Of a DNA stretch of 64,000 nt, positions 42,144 through 54,344 are shown piece after piece. The stretch comes from Octopus vulgaris. Taxonomy: Eukaryota. The notes under the pieces were generated by a model. It made no database searches and was not told the DNA's origin. It saw nothing but the letters and a program-made list of their open reading frames with translations. The stretch covers positions 133,176,001 to 133,240,000 of the forward strand of contig OX597817.1 in NCBI GenBank assembly GCA_951406725.2. Reading direction: 5' to 3'. Each line of letters begins with the position of its first letter. The first letter of the stretch is position 1. A program made the position numbers and the translations under genes.

Positions 42144-42155
42144 GAATAATAATAA

Positions 42156-42712
42156 ATGCCCTGATGCAGTACAAGACAGTGGCTCTCGTGGCTTATGATC
42201 TTAACTGATTGGAAGTGTTATCATGTACATTTTTTGTCTTGGTATAAAAGATGGGCTACAACAAATATCCTGCTCAATACCGCAGATTTGATTGTCAGTT
42301 GTTTGACCTTAACCAGTAGAGCATGTCCCTTAGTGGCTGACGATATGTGCATCTCTAATCACGAGCAGAAGTAGTGGGGGAGCATCATAGCTGTGTGTTG
42401 AAAGGAATTCTTAGAGGTTTGGATAATTCACCTTTAGAAACATGGGTGGTTCGTTCAACATCCTTAAACAATCAGTATTCAGGGACCTTTTGAGTGGGAT
42501 GGGCTACTCGACCAGAAGAAAATTCTAAGTGGGCCCCACCTGCAAGGTCATGCGCTGTTTACCTTGTTATGAGATCACCATGTGGCGCACATATGGTTGT
42601 GATGCATGTGCCTGGTATGCCCTTATCAGACAGGTAGTCATGATGGGTATACTGGGCTTTGTATATTTTATCCCAGTGTCACTTTGATGACATGCACTGC
42701 TCTCTCAGTCAA
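42156..42712 (+). mobile_element. Family D repeat, full length, (TAA)n on both sides
   Basis: atgccctgatgcagtac...gcactgctctctcagtc-aataataat. Confidence 0.85.
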
Positions 42713-42984
42713 TAATAATAACAATAATAATGGTTTCAAATTCTGCCACAAGGTCAACAATTTTCGGTGAAGTCGATTACATTGACCCTAGTTTTTCGCT
42801 GGTCCTTTATTTATCGACTCCGAAAGGATGAAAGACAAAGTCGACCACGGCGAAATTTGAACACAGAATGTACGCATTTTGTCTAGCGTGCTAACGATTC
42901 AGCCAGATCGCCAGATTCGTTCCTTAAATAATGAAAATAAGAAAGAAATTAAATATCCGAAAATTATAAATTAATAGTAACTAT

Positions 42985-42995
42985 ATCATCATCAC

Positions 42996-43063
<68 letters not shown>

Positions 43064-43083
43064 CCACCACCATCACCGTCGTC

Positions 43084-43115
<32 letters not shown>

Positions 43116-43345
43116 TATCACCATCACCACCATCATTACCATCATCATCGCTAGCATCATCATCATCATCACCGTCATCATTGTCATAATGGTCAGCAAC
43201 AACAACAATAACAACAGCATCGTTATCACCACCAACCCCAGCATCAACAAGAACAACAACAATAATAATAACGATATTTTTGAATATTTTAAAATTGTTT
43301 TATTTTTTCATTCTCAGTGTAATAACAATAATAAAAACAGCAATG

Positions 43346-43397
<52 letters not shown>

Positions 43398-43472
43398 TAA
43401 TAATAATAATAATAATAATAATCATAATAATAATAATAATAACAATAATAATAATAATAATAATATTAATAA
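42985..43472. repeat. (CAT)n/(AAC)n/(AAT)n microsatellites
   Basis: Directly visible. Confidence 0.9.
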
Positions 43473-43954
43473 TAACAGTGAGATATTTCGTTTCGTATCA
43501 GATTAACGGTAGTGCAATACTGCGAAAGAGAAAGATGGGGATAAGTGGTCGGTTCTTGAAACGGTAGGGAGAAGATTAATGAGCGCTGATTCCGGTCTAG
43601 ATATCTCCCTGTGGCATCAACTATGTAACCATAATTCCTGTAGTAAATATTCGCCAGATACTATTAATATGCTGTTCTGTCTATGGAAATACGGTTATTG
43701 GCAATGTGGTTTGATAAAGTGAGGAAATCTTTTATAGCCATCAAAACTTATTCTTTATAACGCAGCATTGCCTTTATCAGACTTGTTCGTATATATGTGT
43801 GTGTGTGTGTGTGTGCATGTACACATATGCACATATGTGTATGTATATGTGTGTATACATATACATACCCATTTTTTATGCACGTAAATAATGATAGAGA
43901 GATGAGATGAAGATAGATATAGATAAGTTTGTTTTATGCAATTATGTGTGCGTG

Positions 43955-43985
<31 letters not shown>

Positions 43986-44195
43986 ACGTATACATGTACA
44001 TTTTTGAGTCTATATATATCCATGAGTATATATAAAAAATATGTATTATGCATATATACTTAAATATGTAGGTGTATTTATGATATATTTATATAGATAT
44101 GTATATATATATATATATGGGGGTGTATATAGTCATGTAGTATGCATATATATGTGTGTGTATGTATATATATATGTGTGTATTTTATATATACG

Positions 44196-44246
<51 letters not shown>

Positions 44247-44301
44247 TATGCATATATATATATATATATATATATGCATATTTATATGTAAACATATATA
44301 T

Positions 44302-44340
<39 letters not shown>

Positions 44341-44502
44341 CGGACATATTGAGAGAAAGATTGAAAACGCGGGAAAAATGGAGACTAAAAGATTGAAGCG
44401 AGATATATCTGAGTATGCATTGATGCACACAGACATGCACATACACAAAAGCAGGCAAACACACAGACTCACAATCAGAGACACATGTACATATATACAT
44501 GC

Positions 44503-44543
<41 letters not shown>

Positions 44544-45065
44544 ATGAGAGAGAGAGATTAAGATGTGGGTGTGTTGTGTATTAAGATGTGGTTGTGTACT
44601 TATCGATTCTATATATGTGTGTATTATGTACGCGTGTATACACCAGTACAACTCCACCCCACCATAAAGTTGTTTATTGGTGTTCTAATACCTTGGTGGC
44701 TAAATTCAACAGAAATCCGCGTCTGTCATAGATCTGGATGAAATTTGGATTAAATCAGCATCCTCCATAAATTTAAGCAATCAAAATTTTATCTTCAACG
44801 CTTTATTATTATTATTAATTATTATTATTGTATTATTATTGTAGTTGTTAATATTTTCATTAATATTATTATTGTAGTTGTTAATATTTTCATTAATATT
44901 ATTTTCATTAATTATTATTATTATTATTGTATTATTATTACATCATTATTATTATTATTGTCGTTGTTATTGTTGTTGTTGTTATTATTATTATTTTCAT
45001 TAGTATTAATTATTATTAATGTTTATGTTATTCATATTATTATCATGATCATCATTATCATCATC

Positions 45066-45100
<35 letters not shown>

Positions 45101-45104
45101 CATC

Positions 45105-45139
<35 letters not shown>

Positions 45140-45166
45140 CGTTACTATTATTATTATTATTGTTAC

Positions 45167-45229
<63 letters not shown>

Positions 45230-45439
45230 ATGCGGTGAGCTAGCAGAATTGTTAGCGGCATTTCATCTGTCTTTACGTTGTGAGTTCAAATTCCGCCAAG
45301 GTTGACTTTGCCTTCCATTCTTTCGGAGTTGATGAAATAAATTGAGCACTGGAGTCCATGTAATCGACTTACCCATTTCCCCAAATTTCAGGCTTTCTGC
45401 CTTTATCGCCTTTATCAGAAAAGATTATTATTATTATTA

Positions 45440-45968
45440 TTGACTGAGAGAGCAGTGCATGCTATCAAAGTGTCACTGGGGTAAAATATACAAAGCCCAG
45501 TATACCCATCATGACTACCCGTCTGACAAGGGCACACCAGGCACATGCATCACAACCATATAAGCGCCACATGGTGATCTTATATCAAGATAAACAGCGC
45601 ATGACCTTGCAGGTTGGGCCCAGTTAGAATTTTCTTCTGGTCGAGTAGCCCATCCCGCTCAAAAGGTCCCTGAATAATGATTGTTTAAGGATGTTGAACG
45701 AACCACCCATGTTTCCAAAGGTGAATTATCCAAACCTCTAAGAATTCCTTTCAACACACGGCTATGATGCTCCCCCACTACTTCTGCTCGTGATTAGAGA
45801 TGCACATATCGTCAGCCACTAAGGGACATGCTTAACTGGTTAAGGTCAAACAACTGACAAGCAAATCTGTGGTATTGAGCAGAATATTTGCTGTAGCCCA
45901 TCTTTTATACAAAGACAAAACATGATAACGCTTCCAATCAGTTAAGATCAAGAGCCAGGAGAACCAGT
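45440..45968 (-). mobile_element. Family D repeat, (ATT)n on both sides
   Basis: Reverse complement of 42156-42712, lacking ~20 bp of the 5' end. Confidence 0.85.
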
Positions 45969-46043
45969 GCTTATTATTATTATTACTATAGCCCTTGTGG
46001 CCAATAAACCAGAATTAATTATTATTATTATTATTATTATTAT

Positions 46044-46076
<33 letters not shown>

Positions 46077-46621
46077 CGAGAAGACCGCCCTCAACCACCC
46101 CTACCTTCCTTTGGTAGGGAAGGAAAGGATGTTTTCCTCTGTCTGGTGGCTATAGCGACGGAGGTAGTGTGGTGGACGAGACTGAAAGGACTGAAGACAC
46201 ACTTTCCTCTTCGGCCAAAACCTCATCGACTTCTTCGAGTTTCACTTGGAAAGAAAAGCGAGAAGAGAGAAGGAAGTTCTGCTCCCAGTAAATATGTTGA
46301 AAGGTGGGTGCATGTGGCGAGGATGGTCCGTGTGAATGAGCCTACTCTGAACTTTCGTTTGTAAACCGGAGAAGTTGAGGAGAGAGGCGCCTGCTGAGGT
46401 GCATCTGGTGGTCGGCATAACCAAAACATGGGTGGGGTTCCTCGGTTGTCCCAGTGAGGAACTTGCTCCTATTTTGAGGAATTATTATTATTGTTTAATA
46501 GTTTTGTTAATTGTTTTTGTTACTTATTGTATAGACTACATTGTTCAACACCCCACTTGTCCCTTGTATTTTATCGTCCCTATTTCTTTTGTGTTTGGTC
46601 CTTGTGACCAATAAAGAAACG
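46077..46621 (+). mobile_element. Tx1/L1-type LINE 3' fragment (ORF2 C-terminus and 3' UTR) in a (TAG)n/(ATT)n tract
   Basis: VFLCLVAIATEVVWWTRLKG...ERWVHVARMVRVNEPTLNFRL* resembles Tx1-type ORF2 ends; UTR ends in ggtc-cttgt-gacc hairpin plus AATAAA. Confidence 0.6.
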
Positions 46622-46638
46622 ATTATTATTATTATTAT

Positions 46639-46685
<47 letters not shown>

Positions 46686-46706
46686 TTATTATTGTTGTTG
46701 TTGTTG

Positions 46707-46752
<46 letters not shown>

Positions 46753-46790
46753 TACTATTACTATTATTATTATTATTATTATTATTATTA

Positions 46791-46925
46791 CATTATGTTT
46801 GACTTTTGCTTTACATTTGTACAAGTTGGCTCCAAGTCTCACCCAGAAACCCCAAGAGACACCAAGTTAGAAGTTCATGTTGGTGTTATGCCTAGGGTGC
46901 CATATATTTGGTTTTGTACATAGTG
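46791..46925 (-). mobile_element. Probable R4/Dong-type 3' UTR remnant ending in (TAA)n
   Basis: Minus strand gtctcttggggtttctgggtgagacttgg...gtcaaacataatg-(taa)n; no coding part visible. Confidence 0.4.
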
Positions 46926-46932
46926 TTGTTAC

Positions 46933-47308
46933 TCTTTTACTTGTTTCAGTCATATGGCTGCGGCCATGCTGGAGCAGCGCCTTTAGTCGAGAAAATCTTC
47001 CCCAGGACTTATTCATTGTAAGCCTAGTACTTATTCTATTGGTCTATTTTGCCGAACCGTTAAGTTACGGAGACGTAAACACAGCAGCATCGGTTGTCAA
47101 GCGAGGTTGGGTGGGGGGGATAAACACAGACACCCAAACCCACGCATATGCATATACATATATACGACGGGCTTCTTTCAGTTTCTGTCTACCACATCTA
47201 CTCACAAGGCTTTGGTCGGCCCTAGGCTATAGTAGAAGACACTTGCACAAGGTGCCACGCAGTGGGACTGAACCTGGAACCATGTGGTTGGTAAGCAAGC
47301 TACTTACT
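46933..47308 (-). mobile_element. SINE family A
   Basis: Reverse complement of taagtagcttgcttaccaaccacatggttccaggttcagtccc...gctgctccagcatggccgcag. Confidence 0.85.
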
Positions 47309-47339
47309 ATTCTAGAGAATGTTTAAGAAACCATAAGAA

Positions 47340-47403
<64 letters not shown>

Positions 47404-47441
47404 TATTATTATTATTATCATTATTATTATTATTATTATTA

Positions 47442-47484
<43 letters not shown>

Positions 47485-47762
47485 AAGCGGTGAGCTGGCA
47501 GAATCGTTAGAGCGACGGGTAAAATGCAGAGCGGTCTTTTTTTGACTTTTTTCTTTCTGTGTTCAAATCTTGTCGAAGTCGAATTTGTCATTCGTCCTTT
47601 CGAGGTCAAAAGAATAAAGTACCGAGGACTACGTACCTGACTTGTTTCCAACATAAGAGATATGTTAAGAAACGACTGTAACCGCTATACCATCATGAAC
47701 ATTACCATGACCATCATCATGGTCATCAGTGACCTAACAGCAACGGCAGCAACAACAGCAGT

Positions 47763-47950
47763 GGAGGCGCAATGGCCCAGTGGTTAGGGCAGCGGACTCA
47801 CGGTCGTAAGAACGCGGTTTCGATTGCCAGACTGGGCATTGTGAGTGTTTATTGAGCAAAAACACCTAAGCCCCACGAGGCTCCAGCGGTGGCGGGGGGT
47901 GAAACCCGTTGTACTTTTTCACCACAACTTTCTCTCACTCTTTCTTCCTA
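47763..47950 (+). mobile_element. SINE family C
   Basis: ggaggcgcaatggcccagtggttagggcagcggactcacggtcgtaagaacgcggtttcgattgcc (box A/B tRNA-like head). Confidence 0.85.
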
Positions 47951-48270
47951 CTTCTTCCACGAAGCAGAGAAACCATGGTGTAACCCACTATGGTGTAGTA
48001 AACTTTCAGATCCTAGTCTAGATTGTGAAGCCTCTGTACCCCCAGGATGGTGCAGCTCTCCACCCGTTAAAAGCCACCGTTTACGGAATGAGGATAACAA
48101 CGTAGCTTTCGCGCCCGTGCAACCGCCAGTCTATCGCGTGTGGTGAGTGGATCTTCAAGTTACCACACACATTCTTAGTAGCTTAGAATAGGCTCGAATT
48201 AGAGATTATTCTTTGTGACTAATGGCGAGAGTCCTGATTGGAAGAACAACAACAACAACAGCAGTAGCAA

Positions 48271-48404
<134 letters not shown>

Positions 48405-49069
48405 ATTCTGTTATGCTGTCCATACTTTCACTGCACCACCAAGAGAGCAAGCTCCCCTGTGCCACGGGATTTAGATATTCTTTGTGTCGTATGTGTGTGC
48501 GTGTGTGTTATATTACAGATCTGAATACTGCTTATTGTACGTATCTCTGTGTTATATGACATACATACATATTAGTCTTTCTATAATGTTTACTGTAGCA
48601 AATCTCTGTGTTTACTTCTCCCTTGTTATTTACGCGTCTGTCAATGTTGTTTTTTGGAGGGGTGGGGAGTTACTATATTTTTATTATTTTAATCTGTTTT
48701 TGTTGCAAAAAGGATTCTTTACTCAAATCCATCCACTCGATTTAGATTATCACTAAGTCGCAAGTCTTTATATTTATATAAATTTATCAATTAAATTTCT
48801 CCATAAATACTCCGCTTTCACAGATATTTTTATTTGATGGAATCTAAATATCAGGCGAACATTTTGAAAAATGAGGAGACATATTTTTGCTTAATGTTAT
48901 TTTGGACAATTTAGGATTAATCTAGGATTAAATGTAGAACATATTTATGTATAAAATTTAAACGTTTTGTGGTTATTGTTGTTAAGGTTCCAAGCCAGGA
49001 CTGGTCGAGCAAGCCTATTATCAAAGGTGTTCCAGCCATGACTGACCCAACTCTTTCTATATAGGCATT

Positions 49070-49345
49070 CGCGTGGCTGTGTAGTAAGAAGTCTTCTTCC
49101 CATGAACATTGTTCCGGGTTCAGTCCCACTGCATGGCACTTTGGGGAAGTCTCCTCTGTGAGTGGATTTGGCAGACGGAAACTGAAATGAACCCGTCGTA
49201 TATATATATATATATATATATATGCGCGCGCGTGTGTGTGTGTGTGTGTATGTGACACTGCACCGCTTGGCAATTTGTGTTGGTGTGTTTACCTCCCCGT
49301 AACTTAGCGGTTCGGCAAAGCAGACCGATAGAATAAGTACCAGAT
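49070..49345 (+). mobile_element. SINE family A
   Basis: gcgtggctgtgtagtaagaag...gggttcagtcccactgc...ccccgtaacttagcggttcggc. Confidence 0.8.
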
Positions 49346-49507
49346 TTTTTTTAAGTGCTAGAACTAGAGTGGAGGGATGTTTAGCTGCTATTTCAAGTCT
49401 ACGTTGAGATTCCCTCGTTGCATTATTTCTTATCTCAGTATAGTTGCTGCCTTTGGGATATTTACACACACACATGTCTATATCTATATATCTATATCTA
49501 TATCATA

Positions 49508-49547
<40 letters not shown>

Positions 49548-49585
49548 CATACATACATACATACATACATACATACATACATACA

Positions 49586-49620
<35 letters not shown>

Positions 49621-49855
49621 CATTATAATTATTAGAGAATATTACTTCCGAGTATACAGGAAAAAGACATTCACATTAGGTGTACTAAAATGAACATCTC
49701 TCAATGTTTAATTTGTATATATAAAAGTAATTTTAGAGACAGAACCACCTTCAACTCAATCAACACTGAAAGATTTTATACCCGACCACTCCATAAAATG
49801 TTAAAAATTAAATCTTATACTAACTATATTCTGAATCCTGTATTTTCCGTTTATA

Positions 49856-49955
49856 AGACTACACGTGTTTCATGAAAGTACGTCGGTATTGATTAGATAT
49901 GAGGTATCTAGTTTCAATACTTACTCGGTTCGACATACTCGCAATCTTCAGGTCT
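49856..49955 (-). ncRNA. Type I hammerhead ribozyme with extended helix II, in a probable Penelope pseudo-LTR remnant (~49640-50330)
   Basis: Minus strand AGAC-CUGAAGA-UUGCGAGUAUGUCG...CGACGUACUUUCAU-GAAA-CACGUG-UA-GUCU; GUA triplet, palindromic ACACGUGU helix III. Confidence 0.7.
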
Positions 49956-50589
49956 GGATTCCTCAACATATTTCACTACCCCTAACTCTTATATACTTCC
50001 ATGATACTCTATATCTTCAATATAAACTTACTTAACATGTACAAATGAATAGAAATACAAATAGTAAATAAAAATAATAACTGAATATTAAAAATTTAAA
50101 GAATAAAAAATTAAAGAATAAAAACTCAAGGAATAAACATTTAATGAAAAAATTTAAAGAGAAAAAATACGAGTAAAAATTACGAATAAAGGTTCCGAAT
50201 AACAACTAAAGAATTGCGAATAAACAAATACGAAATAAGAATGAAATAATAATGAGACAACAATGAAATAAAAATGAAATAAAAATAGAGACGAAAATAA
50301 AACGAATGTTAACTTTTCTTTCTTCGGCGAAAATTAGACTAAGCTACATTTTGCAAATAAGGAAAAATCCGTCTTTGATAATACCTATGTATAGGAGGTA
50401 CTACAAATAAATATCATATTTGCACTACAAATAAATGCCCAAGGTGCCACGCAGTGGGACTGAACCTAGGACTATGTAGTTGGGAAGCAAGCGTCTTAAC
50501 ACACACCCTATATTTATGCATAGAGAGACACAGATACATATATTTATGCACACGCACGCATTCAAGCATATATATTTATGTATTCATAC

Positions 50590-50652
<63 letters not shown>

Positions 50653-51230
50653 GCAACGTTTTTAACGATTCGCTCATACGTTATCTATAAGTACAACGTA
50701 CGCACACACACACACACACACACACACACTAATTCACATATCATGTTGATGATATTGCAGAAGAAACATTCTTTTATGTATTTTAGAATGAAATCTCAAG
50801 AATGGGATGTTTAAATATTTTGTTTCCATGTGAGGCTATTATACATTCATAATAGAATCTAGTCTAAAAGATGATGTGTCTGGAGGAGGAGGAGGAGGAG
50901 GGCTGGAAAAGAGCGGATTGGTTTGGGGGACGCAAAGAAAGCATTATGGATTGATAAGAAAGAAAAGATTGTTTATTGATTGAAAAAATTATATATATAT
51001 ATATATATATAGATGTGTGTGTGTGTGTGTATAGATATACATAAACACACACAAATGTACATATATATGTATATACATATATATATATATATAAAGAAAT
51101 ATATGTGTGCATATATAGACATACATAAACACAAACACACATGTATATACATATTTCTGTATGTAGTTGTATATATATAAATGTTTATATCTATATATAT
51201 GCGTGTGTGTGTGTGTGTGTGTGTGTGTAC

Positions 51231-51312
<82 letters not shown>

Positions 51313-51628
51313 GTAATCGAAATGGGAAAGAAAAGATATTATGGAGAACAAAGATAACGGAAAAGAGAAAGGAAATGATGTCAGCGTCTCTCGTAAGCCT
51401 GCAGCAACAGAAACATCTCACTGAGCGAGCAACAAACAAAAGATTTCATTAAACAGTTGTTGATGTGTCTACAACTATTCGGAATATATTAAAACCAACC
51501 TCACCAAAAAAAAAAAAAAGACGATGGAATAAAACGAAATTAAATAAATAAAAAGAGAAGCCAAACATAACTAAAACAAGCCTTGTATTTTTTCCTGATA
51601 TCAACTTTTTCTATACTCACGCACACGG

Positions 51629-51690
<62 letters not shown>

Positions 51691-52587
51691 ATATATATGC
51701 ATATATATATATGTATATATATATATGCATATATATATATGTATATATATATGCATATATATATGTGTTTATATGTGTATATATATATATACTTTTATGT
51801 GCATGCGTGCGTGTGTGTATGCATATTCATGTAGATTTATATATGTGTACATATATATTTATATATACAAACACGTATTGTATAGTTGTTTACATATGTA
51901 TGGTACTGTATTGCTTTCGTTTTTATACAGATGATTAGCATTGTTTCCGATATTTGTTATTCCGTTTTGTTGTGTTTGCCTTCTCTTAATCTTAATATAA
52001 AATGTTTGAGAAGAAATGAAAATAAACGTTGTTTTATTTGAATTGCTTCTTTTTCGTTCATTTTTTCCTTTTAATATTTCTAATAATTATTTTTTTCCTT
52101 TAATTCAAATGTTTATGTTTTTGTTAGTCTTTACTTCGCATTTGGTCATTGCAAGTTATTTGAAAGAATAATTCATTACAATAGAGAGAAAAATAAAGAG
52201 AGGAAGAGAGAGAGGTGGAAAAATAAATGAGAGAATGAGAGAGAAATGGCCAGGCTAGCTGGCGTCGTCTCTATCAAAGTGTCATAATTTAGAGGAAAAA
52301 ATAGTGACAGAAATAAACAAAGATGGCGGCCACTTATTACGTGTATTTAACGAGTTCTCTGCCGTTCAGCTTTAATTTCCAATTTTTCTCCTTTAGCAAC
52401 TTAAATCGTCATTTATTTACTCCTGCCTTTTGTTCTCGTCATACTTATGTACATATGTGTCTATGTGCGCGGGCACACACTCATACATATACATTCATGT
52501 ATATATATGTATGTATATGTATACATGTATATATGCGTGTGTGTATGAATATATATATACACATATGTATATACATATATATATCTG

Positions 52588-52627
<40 letters not shown>

Positions 52628-54307
52628 AACTTATATATGCATATTTATGCGCATAAATATATGCCTACATGTGAATGAGTATATATGCATTTATCTTTAT
52701 GTATATATTTATCAGTTTATGGATATACATATATTTGTGCCTATCTGCAATGTGTGTCTGTGTTCGTACGTGAGTGTGTATGTGTGTGTGTGTGTGTGCG
52801 TGTATACACGCGCGTTGTAAATGTGTAAATGAAATTATACAAAGAAAAGTTGTGTGGTCATTATGGTTTTCGAGTAGAGTAACGCTAATGATACGTTGTT
52901 ATGTTTAAATATATTTTTATTGTCAGTGAATGAAGAGAATCTCTATTAGTAATAGTTTCTTGGTAAATTCACTCAGCAGACGATATAAGACGAGCAATCT
53001 AATATGAAGCCGCACCGATTCATGCGCGTTTGAGAGGAGTACAGAGGGCTTATTATCATGCATCGGAATTCTGACATGTTCAAAAAGGCGCTCCGCATGG
53101 CTGAGTTAGTTTCCATTAGAGTTATTCTTATATAATTTTGAAGAAAGATCTGTATAAAAGTTCGGAAAAGATCTTTAATCAAAAGCAAGATGAATGATGT
53201 CTTGAGAATGTAAGAGAATAATGCGCAGAGTGTCGTGGATAAAATACATGATAAAGCAGGGGAACAGAGAAAGTGCGTGTACGATAGGTGATTGGAAGTA
53301 AGAGTGAACGGCAGCTGTATAGCGAATATGGAAAATATAAGATATAGTCAATTAAGTTAACAGTTACTAAGTATACTAATGCACTAACGGTACTAATGCT
53401 TGTTCATCAGACAATCAAAAAATGCGATGTTGATAATATATGGCGCAGAAGACAGTTTTACTAAGCCTAAAGGTATCAAAGTGATTAAATGCAATATTGA
53501 AATGTTTAGAGTAAGGTTAAGCGACACCAGCTCAACCACACGTTATTCTTCAGGTACAGAACTAAGAGAAATACCAAAGCACATAGTACTTAAAAAAGTA
53601 TGCTATTAACTTTGGTATTAAGTAAAAAATCTTAGAAAGAAGAAAAGCCATTTATTTGTGTCTAAAAGGCGCGATTTATGTACAGCTGAAAAAAAAGACT
53701 AACTTTTTAAAAAATCAAAAATTTTGGGAATCATCTAATTCAAGTATCATATATGTTAGGGTTTTGAAAGTGAACACTGCACCATGTGAGAAAGACTGGC
53801 GTTGTCCTATCTAACGCGTTTTGTTTTATCTTTTATCATACCACAACAGCGCCTTTTTCAGACTCTTCCTCAATTTTTTTCCTATCTTACCACCGCTTCT
53901 GAAACTTTTTGCTAATCCTTCTTTTCTCCGTATAAATTATATAAAAACTAAGAGAGGCTTCTAAGAAACAACAGTCCGTCGTAAAGTAATTCATTTACAG
54001 CTGAGAGGACTAGACCATGTGAAATGAAATGTTTTAGCTCAAGAACAATACGCAACGCCCAATTCGGGGATCGAAATCACGACTTTGTGATCGTAAGTGC
54101 AATATCCTAGTCACTAGACAACGTTTCCCCCACTTTTGCCCATACCAATCTTTTTTTATTTCTAATATTGATTTCGATGTCATCTTTTCTAAATCAAACA
54201 ATTTTAATTTATTTTTCCTATTTTATTGTTCTCGTGCTTGTTCTTGCGTAAGAGGACGACTGGGAAGCGTCCGTGGCCCTTTGTTAATTGCTGGTTAATC
54301 ACGACAA

Positions 54308-54344
54308 GGCGCAGGATTGGTTGTGTGGTAAGTAGCTTGGTTAC
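54308..54344 (+). mobile_element. SINE family A 5' head, split from its body by an insertion
   Basis: ggcgcaggattggttgtgtggtaagtagcttggttac; continues at 56280. Confidence 0.88.

Noticed and set aside
47763-47835. tRNA-like sequences at SINE heads (also 57897, 36080)
   Set aside because: They continue into SINE bodies present in many copies and I could not fold a full cloverleaf
48000-48150. GC-rich stretch considered as an HDV-like ribozyme
   Set aside because: Could not assemble the nested double pseudoknot
52950-53990. Possible decayed CR1/L2-type LINE on the minus strand
   Set aside because: No unambiguous RT motif recoverable
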